A DNA stretch of 64,000 bases from Elusimicrobium minutum (lineage in GTDB: Bacteria; Elusimicrobiota; Elusimicrobia; Elusimicrobiales; UBA9959). The stretch is from NCBI GenBank assembly GCA_020723765.1, contig DYIF01000005.1, forward strand, positions 713-64,712, read 5' to 3'. This document shows positions 46,558 to 55,436 of this stretch, in pieces (positions within the stretch are counted from its first letter, which is position 1; the number at the start of each line of letters is the position of its first letter). The notes below the pieces were generated by a model. It was given only the letters and a program-made list of their open reading frames with translations. It did no database searches and had not been told where the DNA came from. Position numbers and translations under genes: made by a program.

Positions 46558-49500
46558 TCAAAAACTTCGAATAGTATAAATATTTTCTCCTTTGTCGGGA
46601 TATGAATCGTAAATGTGTTGGAAAACCAATTCGCATTTTTGATGGTATAAATCGTCATTAAAAGATTCGGGCAATTTCTCCAGAACTTCTTCAATACATA
46701 ACTTAACCGATGCTCTTGCCTGTTGTTTTTTTCTCCAGTCTATTACTAATTTTTCCTTTTTTAACTTTTCCAATAATTCTTTTGCGATTTTCTTAACTCT
46801 TAAAATTTCTTTTTGTGTCAGATTGATAGGAGTATTTTTGGTAAGCAAGTCATATATAGCAAGTTCCTCTTCAGTGAGATTTTCCGAAATACTTCTTTTT
46901 TCTTCCTTATTTAGCGATTCTACAAGCTCCAGCAATTTTTTATAATACTCTTCGACATTTACCGAACCCGCGTTATACTCATTAACCAATTCCTGAAACT
47001 TTTCCAGAAAATTTATTCTGCTTTTGTTTAACATATACAAAGCCTGAAGTTTAATTTCTATGGCTTTTTTAACCCTTTCAGCGATAATTATTTTTTTGCC
47101 TTTTTCAAATTCTTTTTTCAATTTATTTATATCAATCTTTGTCAAATCCACAATACTACCGGCGACATATTCTTCAAAGGTTTCTTTTGAATAACGCGTA
47201 TCTACTTTAACTGACCGGTCTAACAAATCCGAAACCTGTTTAATTACATCCGAAATATCTATTTCCGGCGAAATTGAATTTATTTTTTTAGATATCGTGC
47301 CAAGAAGTTTAACTACAGGCTGATATTTGGAAACGAAGGTATCGGGGAGAATTGCTTTATAAGTTCTTTGTATGATTGAATTTTTAAGCGCAAAAGTTTT
47401 TTTTCTCTCATCGTTTCGAAGAATATTTTCCACTGCATTATCTATAAGATTTATGCATTCAAGCTCTTTGGAATTTAAAATTTTCTCAATATCTATATCC
47501 CATTTTGAAAACAAATCTTTTATTTCGTTTATATATTTTTCAAGCTGAGATATAAGTTCAGATTTTTCAACAATCGGTGAATTACTTATCCCTTCTTTGT
47601 CAGTAGTTATATAAATTGAAAGCGCCTGGTTTAATTGATATAAAATTCCTATATAATCCACTATAAGGCCAGCCACTTTGTTTTCACCAAAAACTCTATT
47701 AACTCTGGCTATCGTCTGCATTAAAGTATGGTTTTTCATCGGTTTATCTAAATAAATAGTCGAACAGGACGGCACATCAAACCCGGTCATCCACATTGCG
47801 CAAACAAAAACCAATCTTAAAGGATTATCCGGGTCTTTAAATTTTTCATCCAAAGCTTCTTTATTCATTCTTAAGCGATGAGGCAGGATATCCACTCCTT
47901 TTTTCTTTAAATCTTCAACTTCGTTTTGAGATTGAGAAACCACAACTGCCATATCGGTTTCTTTCATATATTTAATTTTTTGAAATATCTCTTCTCTTTT
48001 CTTATCATCCTGCTCTTTTTTTAAATCTTTTTCCAATTTCTCAATATAATTTAGCCAGTATTTCTTAACTTTATCATACATTTTAACTGCTGTGGCTTTG
48101 TCTATTGCAACTACCATAGCTTTTCCCATAAAACCGCGGTTCATAAAATGAATTACTATGTCTTTAGCTATTTCTTCAAGCCTATCCTCACGAGTAATAA
48201 GCTGATATTCTTTTGAAAATTCCCTTTCAAATTTTCTTTCTTCTTCATCCGTTAATTCCGCTTCTCCGAGGATTTTATAAATATCTTCATTTAGATTTAA
48301 ATTTTTGATATTTAAATGAGGTTTCCTGTTTTCATAATATAAAGGCACCGTCGCCTTATCCTCAATAGCCCGCTTAAAATCATAAATGCTGACATAATCA
48401 CCGAAAACCTCTTTTGTTTTTTCTTCGCCGGCTATTAAAGGCGTTCCTGTAAAAGCCATAAAAGCGGCATTAGGCAAAGCGTTTCTCATATTCATTGCAA
48501 AAATATCATACTGAGTTCTATGAGCTTCGTCCGCTATAACTATTATATCCGAGCGGTCGGAAATTACAGGATGGATTTTTCCTTTTTCAGTCCTAAACTT
48601 TTGTATCGTAGTAAATATAAACCTATGATTTTCGGTTAATAATTTTCTTAAATTTTCAGAGTCTTCGGCCCAGACCTGAGCGCCGGTTATAATACCGCTT
48701 CTAACAAACCGTTTATATGTCTGCTCGTCTAACTCCTTTCTGTCGGTTACTATTACAAATGTCCAGTTCCCAGGTATTTTTCTTAAAATTTTTTGGGAGA
48801 AGAAAATCATCGATTCGGTTTTACCGGAGCCCTGGGTATGCCAGAAAACCCCCAATTGTTTATTTGTTCTATTTTTATACACAGTATTAAAATTTCTTAT
48901 CGCTTTTTCTACCCCTAAGTACTGGTGATTTTTAGCTATTATTTTAATTAAGCCATTCTTTTCTTCCCTGAATATCGAATAATTTTCAATAATATCAAGA
49001 AATCTTTTTCTATCGCAGACCGCTTTTATAATCGTTTCAAGAGAAACAACCCCTTTTTCCCCTTCATCGTTTATTCTTTTCCACTCGGCAAAATGCTCCC
49101 AATCCGAAGAGATGCTTCCAACTCTACTTTCGCTTCCGTTTGAAAGAATAATAATTCCGTTATAATGAAAAATTTGAGGTATGGTATTTTTATAATCCCT
49201 TAAATTATTATCATAAGCTTCCTTGATATTTTTACTAAAAGCTTTTAATTCAATAAATAACAGCGGTATCCCGTTAACAAACCCTACAAGGTCAGCTCTT
49301 CTTGTGTAAATATCGCCGGAAACCCAGAACTGCGATGCTAAAAGAAAATCATTATTTTCTGGATTATCCCAGTCTATTATCTTTAATCTCTCGGAAACCG
49401 ACTCGTTTTTATTATTTAAACACTCTACAACAACGCCATCTTTAATTAATTGATAGACCTCTTTATTGGCATAAGCCATACCCATTAGATTTCTATCGGC

Positions 49501-49743
49501 GATAATTATATTTATAGCTTCGTTTATAAAATCATCCGAAACATTTGGATTAAGTTTTTTAATTGCCGGTTTAAGTCGGGAAACTAAAACTACGTCGCTT
49601 TTTGTCTCGCGACCTAAAAAACTTTTACCCGAATCAAACTCGCCATAACAATCTACAAACTCCCATCCCAAATTTTTAAATAACTCTATCGCAGGCTTTT
49701 CAACCATAGCCGATTCGGAATAGTTATTATTTGGAAGAGACAT
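46558..49743 (-). CDS. hsdR: type I restriction enzyme, R (endonuclease/translocase) subunit
   Basis: The ORF track runs to 49779. The likely start is Met13 (49743), directly after the upstream stop: MSLPNNNYSESAMVEKPAIELFKNLGW. Motifs: WHTQGSGKTES, IADEAHRTQ (DEAH), MQTIARVNR. Confidence 0.9.
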   Translation of the reverse strand: MSLPNNNYSESAMVEKPAIELFKNLGWEFVDCYGEFDSGKSFLGRETKSDVVLVSRLKPAIKKLNPNVSDDFINEAINIIIADRNLMGMAYANKEVYQLIKDGVVVECLNNKNESVSERLKIIDWDNPENNDFLLASQFWVSGDIYTRRADLVGFVNGIPLLFIELKAFSKNIKEAYDNNLRDYKNTIPQIFHYNGIIILSNGSESRVGSISSDWEHFAEWKRINDEGEKGVVSLETIIKAVCDRKRFLDIIENYSIFREEKNGLIKIIAKNHQYLGVEKAIRNFNTVYKNRTNKQLGVFWHTQGSGKTESMIFFSQKILRKIPGNWTFVIVTDRKELDEQTYKRFVRSGIITGAQVWAEDSENLRKLLTENHRFIFTTIQKFRTEKGKIHPVISDRSDIIVIADEAHRTQYDIFAMNMRNALPNAAFMAFTGTPLIAGEEKTKEVFGDYVSIYDFKRAIEDKATVPLYYENRKPHLNIKNLNLNEDIYKILGEAELTDEEERKFEREFSKEYQLITREDRLEEIAKDIVIHFMNRGFMGKAMVVAIDKATAVKMYDKVKKYWLNYIEKLEKDLKKEQDDKKREEIFQKIKYMKETDMAVVVSQSQNEVEDLKKKGVDILPHRLRMNKEALDEKFKDPDNPLRLVFVCAMWMTGFDVPSCSTIYLDKPMKNHTLMQTIARVNRVFGENKVAGLIVDYIGILYQLNQALSIYITTDKEGISNSPIVEKSELISQLEKYINEIKDLFSKWDIDIEKILNSKELECINLIDNAVENILRNDERKKTFALKNSIIQRTYKAILPDTFVSKYQPVVKLLGTISKKINSISPEIDISDVIKQVSDLLDRSVKVDTRYSKETFEEYVAGSIVDLTKIDINKLKKEFEKGKKIIIAERVKKAIEIKLQALYMLNKSRINFLEKFQELVNEYNAGSVNVEEYYKKLLELVESLNKEEKRSISENLTEEELAIYDLLTKNTPINLTQKEILRVKKIAKELLEKLKKEKLVIDWRKKQQARASVKLCIEEVLEKLPESFNDDLYHQKCELVFQHIYDSYPDKGENIYTIRSF

Positions 49744-49745
49744 AA

Positions 49746-51029
49746 TTAAAAATCCTTTTTTAATAATCTTTCTTGCCAATAACTTATAGTTTCTTCACTT
49801 ATTGTATCCCAATTAAAAGCCAAAAATATTTTTCGAGCTATTTCATTTGCCTTTTCCTTCCATGAAGATGTTAAATCAATCATATCTATCTTCATTTCAT
49901 AAGTGAGAGTTTTTTCTAAAGAAAAATAATTACCATGAAAATTAACTTCCGGATTTAAACAAATAAGTTTTCTATTATCGACATTAACTAAAGTTATATT
50001 AATGTTTAAGTATGAATTTCGAGATACTTCTTGATAATATCTTTTGAAAAATAAAAAAAACTCTGTAAGTGAATAAATTACGTTTATAAAATCTAATACT
50101 TGTTTCCCATCTTTTCTAAAAGATTTATCATCTTCCCCAAAAGTAGATACCCAAGCGAATAATCCGCTATTATAAAATCTCCATGCTTCGGTATGATATT
50201 CCCATTTAGCAAAAGATTGTCTTCCATTATTAAAATTAGTAGTATTTTTGTAATCAATATGTGGAAAATCCCAACCTCTTAAATCAACTTTATTTTTTTC
50301 CACTAATTCTTTTATCTTTTTCTGATCTAATCTATTATGAATATAATTCTCTGGATATGCAAAGATTTTCCAATAACCTTTATCTTTAATTATTCCAATC
50401 TTTTCAGTTGCAAATATAGAATACTGTTCAAACTCTAATTTGTATCTCTCTTTTGACTCTTGACTATATGTTAAACTCTTCCCTTCAATCAATTTTTTAA
50501 TGTTTTCCAATAATTCATTACTTTTTCTTCTAATAGCTCTATTTAAAAATTCTCTCATTTGTTCTGAAGAAGATATAACTTCGGTTGTCGCTTTTTCTGT
50601 TCTTATATAAATTTGTCCTTCTTGTAAAATTAATTTGTTATCTTGAGAGTGTAAGTTGTTTTTACAAATAACGGGTAATTCTTTAAATTCAGGCACATCA
50701 ATTATAACAACATATTTTTCATCAATATTAAACTTATAAATAAGACAAGAATATTCTGGGTCCGTATAATTGTGTAATAAATCATTAATTTTAGTTGAGT
50801 CAAAAGATTCAAAATCTTCTTTAGATAGACCTATAAATTCAAAATCTTTATCTCTTACACCAAACACAATCTTTCCACCATCTTGCGTATTAAACATAGC
50901 AATTATGTCTTTTATTACTTGTCCTTTTTCCGATTTTAAGGCATTATCCCAATTGAATTTTTCTTTATAGTCAAGATTTTTACTTTCATTTTTTCTTAAT
51001 AGCAACTCTTTTGCTTCTTTTTCTGTCAT
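49746..51029 (-). CDS. AlbA_2 (Schlafen-like, 'divergent AAA') domain protein with uncharacterised C-terminal domain
   Basis: 427 aa. The N-terminus ESKNLDYKEKF...IKDIIAMFNTQDGGKIVFGVRDKDFEFIGL...VVIIDVPEFKELPVICK...GQIYIRTEKAT fits the AlbA_2 pattern. I did not recognise the C-terminal 250 aa (RGWDFPH, WEYHTEAWRFYNSGLF). Confidence 0.65.
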   Translation of the reverse strand: MTEKEAKELLLRKNESKNLDYKEKFNWDNALKSEKGQVIKDIIAMFNTQDGGKIVFGVRDKDFEFIGLSKEDFESFDSTKINDLLHNYTDPEYSCLIYKFNIDEKYVVIIDVPEFKELPVICKNNLHSQDNKLILQEGQIYIRTEKATTEVISSSEQMREFLNRAIRRKSNELLENIKKLIEGKSLTYSQESKERYKLEFEQYSIFATEKIGIIKDKGYWKIFAYPENYIHNRLDQKKIKELVEKNKVDLRGWDFPHIDYKNTTNFNNGRQSFAKWEYHTEAWRFYNSGLFAWVSTFGEDDKSFRKDGKQVLDFINVIYSLTEFFLFFKRYYQEVSRNSYLNINITLVNVDNRKLICLNPEVNFHGNYFSLEKTLTYEMKIDMIDLTSSWKEKANEIARKIFLAFNWDTISEETISYWQERLLKKDF

Positions 51030-51032
51030 TAT

Positions 51033-52304
51033 TTAAATCTTCTCTTTATCAGTTTCTCTTACTTTAATCTCCAAATCTGAGACATCTAATTCACCGGAAA
51101 TAAGTTTTGGTAACAAAATATCTCGTATTTGACGAAGAATTTTGTTTTGTTTTTGATAAACTAATATTGAATTAATTATTGGTCTTGCTAATTTATCATA
51201 TTCTTCAATTATATTTTCTTTTGGAAATAACCATTTAATTCGTGCTAAACCTTCATTTGTCAAAGACATTTGAGTTGCACCAGTACAAAATATATCTTTT
51301 TGTTTATGAAATTCTTGCGACTTTATTGATATAAAAAGAAAACTTAACCACTTCTCAGATATAGCTTCAAATCCAACAAATCCTGATGACAGGATAATAG
51401 AATCTACTAAATCTAAATTAGGGGTAGAAAACAACAAAACTTTATAAGTATCTTTCATTCTTGCAAACCATACTGAATTTAAAACTGGTTGTTTTTGAGC
51501 ACGACTTGGTTTATTATGATAAGAATATTCAATCCCATCTTTAACAAAATCAATACCTTCTACATCCGCTGTCGCAAAATACTTTTTAGTCCCTTGATAA
51601 GGCAAAATATTTTCATTAACTAATCTTAAATATGGAATTTCTAAAAAAGTTTTCACTTCCCAGCCTTCGGGGATTTTTCCTAATTCGGAATCAACAAATT
51701 TAACTTTCTCATAACCGGGAAATCTAAATTTTACAAACCATTCTTTATAAATGGCATCAGCCATCTGCTCAAGAATTTTAATTCTTTTTGTATTATTTTC
51801 AATCAAATCATCATAAGCCGAAAGAATCGAAGCGATTTTTTGCTGTATTGGATATTTATGGATTTGCAACTCATACTCTTCAAAAAATTTTTTATTATAT
51901 ATTGCTTTGCCTGAACCAGTCCCCATAGCTATTGATTTGATTTTAGGTGTTTCATATATAAGACGATAATACACATATTCAGGAACATATTTTTTCTGAT
52001 TAACAATAATGGCATTTATTTGCTGATTAGTAAAACTATAAGTTTTAGTCATGCAAATTTTCCCTATAGTAGAACCAATACACACATAACAAACTGTTTT
52101 TGGCGGAAGAATTTTGTTTTTCTGACTAAGATAACCTAGTTTAGAGAGACCGCGTTCTGTATTTTGAATAAAATAAAAATCATAAGATAAAATATCTGTA
52201 GGAGTAATAAAAGGATAGTCATTTCCAAACAATTCAGGCTTTTTTGTGGATGGAGTTTTACCTGTAATGATTTCTCCCAAATCTTTTATTTTAATAGTTT
52301 GCAT
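51033..52304 (-). CDS. hsdS: type I restriction enzyme, S (specificity) subunit
   Basis: 423 aa. Two target-recognition halves separated by conserved helices: QQKIASILSAYDDLIENNTKRIKILEQMADAIYKEWFVKFRFPG and C-terminal QNKILRQIRDILLPKLISGEL. Confidence 0.85.
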   Translation of the reverse strand: MQTIKIKDLGEIITGKTPSTKKPELFGNDYPFITPTDILSYDFYFIQNTERGLSKLGYLSQKNKILPPKTVCYVCIGSTIGKICMTKTYSFTNQQINAIIVNQKKYVPEYVYYRLIYETPKIKSIAMGTGSGKAIYNKKFFEEYELQIHKYPIQQKIASILSAYDDLIENNTKRIKILEQMADAIYKEWFVKFRFPGYEKVKFVDSELGKIPEGWEVKTFLEIPYLRLVNENILPYQGTKKYFATADVEGIDFVKDGIEYSYHNKPSRAQKQPVLNSVWFARMKDTYKVLLFSTPNLDLVDSIILSSGFVGFEAISEKWLSFLFISIKSQEFHKQKDIFCTGATQMSLTNEGLARIKWLFPKENIIEEYDKLARPIINSILVYQKQNKILRQIRDILLPKLISGELDVSDLEIKVRETDKEKI

Positions 52305-52315
52305 AATTTAACAAT

Positions 52316-52810
52316 TTATTTACATTTATTTCTAATTTCTATTGCTTCTTCTACCCACGATTCAATATTATTTCTAATATAGTTATATACGTCCTTACTA
52401 TCATAATAAGGTGGATCATAAGTTTTTACTATGTATGATAACAATTTCCCATTAAGTTCAAAATTGTCAAAAGGATTCTTCCCTTTCAAACCTTGATTCC
52501 CATCCTTATCTTTTAAATTATGGATATATATTCCAAATAAACCTTTACCATTATTCCAAGATTTTTCAATCTCATAATTAATCCATTTTCTACCTGCAGT
52601 ATTTGTTCCTATAAGGACCACAGTGCAAGATTTATCTTTCAATTGCTCATCAATCCAATTTTCTATTGCTCGGTCTCCACCTCTTATGATTTGTTCCCAA
52701 TCATTATCAGACACTGGTTGGTTTCCTTCAATTATTCCTATATTTCTAATTTGCGATGCACGCCAGTTGTCCGCTTTATAATGAAAACTAAAAAATACCT
52801 TTCTTGCCAT
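52316..52810 (-). CDS. ThsB-like TIR-like domain protein (DUF1863 / MTH538 family)
   Basis: 164 aa. KVFFSFHYKADNWRASQIRN, SCTVVLIGTNTAGRKWINYEIEKS (conserved Glu, E80), GIYIHNLKDKDGNQGLKGKNPFD. From memory this pattern matches Thoeris ThsB / PF08937 proteins. Confidence 0.7.
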   Translation of the reverse strand: MARKVFFSFHYKADNWRASQIRNIGIIEGNQPVSDNDWEQIIRGGDRAIENWIDEQLKDKSCTVVLIGTNTAGRKWINYEIEKSWNNGKGLFGIYIHNLKDKDGNQGLKGKNPFDNFELNGKLLSYIVKTYDPPYYDSKDVYNYIRNNIESWVEEAIEIRNKCK

Positions 52811-52811
52811 T

Positions 52812-53213
52812 TTATTTTCCTCCTAATATTCTAATCACAACTACTACTAAAAGCATTGTCCCATAAAAAGGCAATAGAGTTTTTGAAAAAATAACTTTAG
52901 TCAAACATTCCATTTCATCTTTTCTAAGAAGTGATTTTGTATCTAAACAAAAATCTACTTTTTCTAATTGTCTTGCCTTATCATAAAATTTTCGATATTC
53001 TCTTTCTATTTTTAAAAAATACCCATCTAAAATCCAAAAAACTATTATTGGTAAAAAAGCCACATTAACAAATGCTATATTTGAATCTTTAGCAGACAAA
53101 GCAAACAAAGCAGAAACTAAAATTGCAGTCCATTCTTTTAAAAGAAAAGAATTATTAGCCATACGACTGATAATATTTTGAATCATTTCTAAATATCTTA
53201 TTTTATCTTCCAT
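52812..53213 (-). CDS. small three-helix membrane protein, candidate effector (SLATT-like topology, hypothesis)
   Basis: The ORF track runs to 53249 from a TTG. An AGAGGT SD precedes ATG Met13 (53213): MEDKIRYLEMIQNIISRMANNSF. This amphipathic helix is followed by TM helices WTAILVSALFALSA and VAFLPIIVFWILDGYFL, a charged helix KIEREYRKFYDKARQ, and a C-terminal TM LLPFYGTMLLVVVVIRIL. Confidence 0.55.
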   Translation of the reverse strand: MEDKIRYLEMIQNIISRMANNSFLLKEWTAILVSALFALSAKDSNIAFVNVAFLPIIVFWILDGYFLKIEREYRKFYDKARQLEKVDFCLDTKSLLRKDEMECLTKVIFSKTLLPFYGTMLLVVVVIRILGGK

Positions 53214-53220
53214 ATTACCT

Positions 53221-53802
53221 CTAATGTTTATAAGGTTTTCTCCCTTCAAGCCAACTATTGAAACTTACATATATATCGACATCATCATGAATCCATAATG
53301 TCATTTTACCTGAACCTTCAATCCGATCTTTTGTGACATAAGGATAAAGTCCTAAATATTCCTGTCCCTTATATTCATCGGTTATTGATGATGACTGGGA
53401 AATGGGTAGTATTGCAACTTTTCCTTTTAAAGCATCAAAATAACCAAGTTCCCATGACATCCACTTTGAATTTGGTGAATTTTCAGATGTAACAAAAAAC
53501 AAACTCTTACAACACTTCATTCTTTTGCGAATAATTTCCGCAGTCTCTTTATTGACTTTTCCTCGATTTAATTGCTTATCTTCTATCCAATCAACATAAG
53601 TTGAAAAACCCATATTTTCAATTATAGTTTTTACTCCTAAAATTTCTTCAGCATCGGTATAACTATGTGAAATAAAAATATCATAGGTTTCGCCTTCAGA
53701 AAATGATAACGATGCTTTTTTTAGAATACCAATCGTATTTTCATGTAATAAGCAATATTCTTTTCTTACTTCTTTTATTTCCGCTTTTGTAAATAAAGCC
53801 AT
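53221..53802 (-). CDS. TIR-domain protein
   Basis: 193 aa. YDIFISHSYTDAEE (beta-A/BB-loop context), CCKSLFFVTSENSPNSKWMSWELGYFD (conserved Glu, E118). About 38-aa N-terminal extension. No other domain. Confidence 0.75.
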   Translation of the reverse strand: MALFTKAEIKEVRKEYCLLHENTIGILKKASLSFSEGETYDIFISHSYTDAEEILGVKTIIENMGFSTYVDWIEDKQLNRGKVNKETAEIIRKRMKCCKSLFFVTSENSPNSKWMSWELGYFDALKGKVAILPISQSSSITDEYKGQEYLGLYPYVTKDRIEGSGKMTLWIHDDVDIYVSFNSWLEGRKPYKH

Positions 53803-53816
53803 TTTACTTTACCTTC

Positions 53817-55376
53817 TCATCTTTTAGTTTTAAGTATTTTTGAAATATTTGTTGATATTTTTTCTTCTAATTCTTTAGCTTCCGCGTTTAGTTTTTCTAA
53901 TTCATCGTTTAATTCTTTAATTTTTTCTTTAAAATCAAAATCTTCCTCATCTTTGTCGGCAACTCCCACATATCTTCCGGGATTTAAACTCCATCCCTGC
54001 TTTTCTATCTCTTTTATATCGGCTACTTTGCAAAGCCCCAACACATCCCTATATTTAGATTCTGGAAAGTTTTCATTTAAGATTTTCTCGCTTCCATATC
54101 TATTTTCCGGTTTTTCTTCTCTATAGAGTTTTACGATATTTGATATAAATTCTATCTGCTCGGGGGTAAATTCCCTGTGGGCTCTGTCAATCTGGTTATA
54201 TATGTTTCTTGCATCTATAAATAATACTTTATCCCTTCTTTTTGTGTTTATTTTTGATTTATCAAAAAACCATAACGTACAGGGAAGAGTAACGGTATAA
54301 AAAAAGTTTGAACTTATTGCTATCATAACATCCACTACTCCGCTTTCAATAATCTTTTTTCTTATCTCCATCTCGCTTGCTCTTGCGTCGCTTGCGGAGT
54401 TTGCCATAACAAAACCAGCTCTTCCATTTTTATTTAGAGCGCTATAAAACAATTGAATCCATATATAATTGCCGTTATCTACGGAAGGCATGCCAAAAGG
54501 AAACCTTTTAACATCGCTTTTTATTCTTTCTTTGTCTATTCCGTTTACATTAAACGGTGGATTTGCCATCACAAAATCGAATTTTCCAACCATGTCATGC
54601 AAATCTTCATAATAAGAATTACCCTGAAGAATATCCCCTGAAAGACCATGAACCGCCAAATTCATTTTACAAAGATTAACAGTTTCGCTTGTTTTCTCAA
54701 CTCCATAAACACTTATTTCATCAACCGCTCTTTTTTTATGCTCTTCTACAAATTCGGCACTTTGAACAAACATACCGCCGGACCCGCATGCCGGGTCAAA
54801 TATTTTTCCATGAAACGGTTCAATTATTGAAACTATTAATTTAACAAGACAGGTAGGGGTGAAAAACTCGCCGCCATGCTGACCTTCTTTTATTGCAAAT
54901 TGTCCTAAAAAATATTCGTAAATTTTACCGAAAGCATCACCTTCTATATCGTCCGGTATGGAAGACATCAATTTTAACAATTCTATAAGTAAAGATTTTT
55001 CAAATCTGTTATAAGATTTAGGAAGAATACCTTTAAGGTCCTCATTTTCATTTTCAATAGCTTTCATAGCCTCGTTTATGGCTTTTCCTATATCGGCACT
55101 TTCAGGTAATTTTAATAAGTATGAAAATCTTGCATTCTCAGGCAAATACATAACTCCAGCTGCTTGGAAATCTGTTTTTCCTATTTTTCTTCTTAAATTT
55201 GTTTTTTGGGAAAATATTTTATCTTGTTTTGTAAATTTATAGTCGGCATACTTTAAAAATATAAGACCCAAAACCGGGACGGAATACTCGGAAGATTTTA
55301 AATCGGAATTTGCCCTTAATTTATCCGCGATATTCCATAATCTATTCTCAAGTTCGGAAAGCGTTTCTTTCGTCAT
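53817..55376 (-). CDS. hsdM: type I restriction enzyme, M (N6-adenine methyltransferase) subunit
   Basis: 519 aa. HsdM_N ([36 protein letters not shown]), SAM motif [12 protein letters not shown], catalytic MANPPFN. Confidence 0.95.
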   Translation of the reverse strand: MTKETLSELENRLWNIADKLRANSDLKSSEYSVPVLGLIFLKYADYKFTKQDKIFSQKTNLRRKIGKTDFQAAGVMYLPENARFSYLLKLPESADIGKAINEAMKAIENENEDLKGILPKSYNRFEKSLLIELLKLMSSIPDDIEGDAFGKIYEYFLGQFAIKEGQHGGEFFTPTCLVKLIVSIIEPFHGKIFDPACGSGGMFVQSAEFVEEHKKRAVDEISVYGVEKTSETVNLCKMNLAVHGLSGDILQGNSYYEDLHDMVGKFDFVMANPPFNVNGIDKERIKSDVKRFPFGMPSVDNGNYIWIQLFYSALNKNGRAGFVMANSASDARASEMEIRKKIIESGVVDVMIAISSNFFYTVTLPCTLWFFDKSKINTKRRDKVLFIDARNIYNQIDRAHREFTPEQIEFISNIVKLYREEKPENRYGSEKILNENFPESKYRDVLGLCKVADIKEIEKQGWSLNPGRYVGVADKDEEDFDFKEKIKELNDELEKLNAEAKELEEKISTNISKILKTKR

Positions 55377-55436
55377 ATCATTACCTTCTCTATTTTTGTA
55401 ATTAACAATCTACTAAAACAATTTTATCAAATTACT

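Noticed and set aside
53214-53249. Upstream TTG start of the small membrane protein, giving a 29-nt overlap with the TIR gene
   Set aside because: The ATG at 53213 has a well-placed AGAGGT SD and yields a protein starting at the amphipathic helix. The TTG has no SD.
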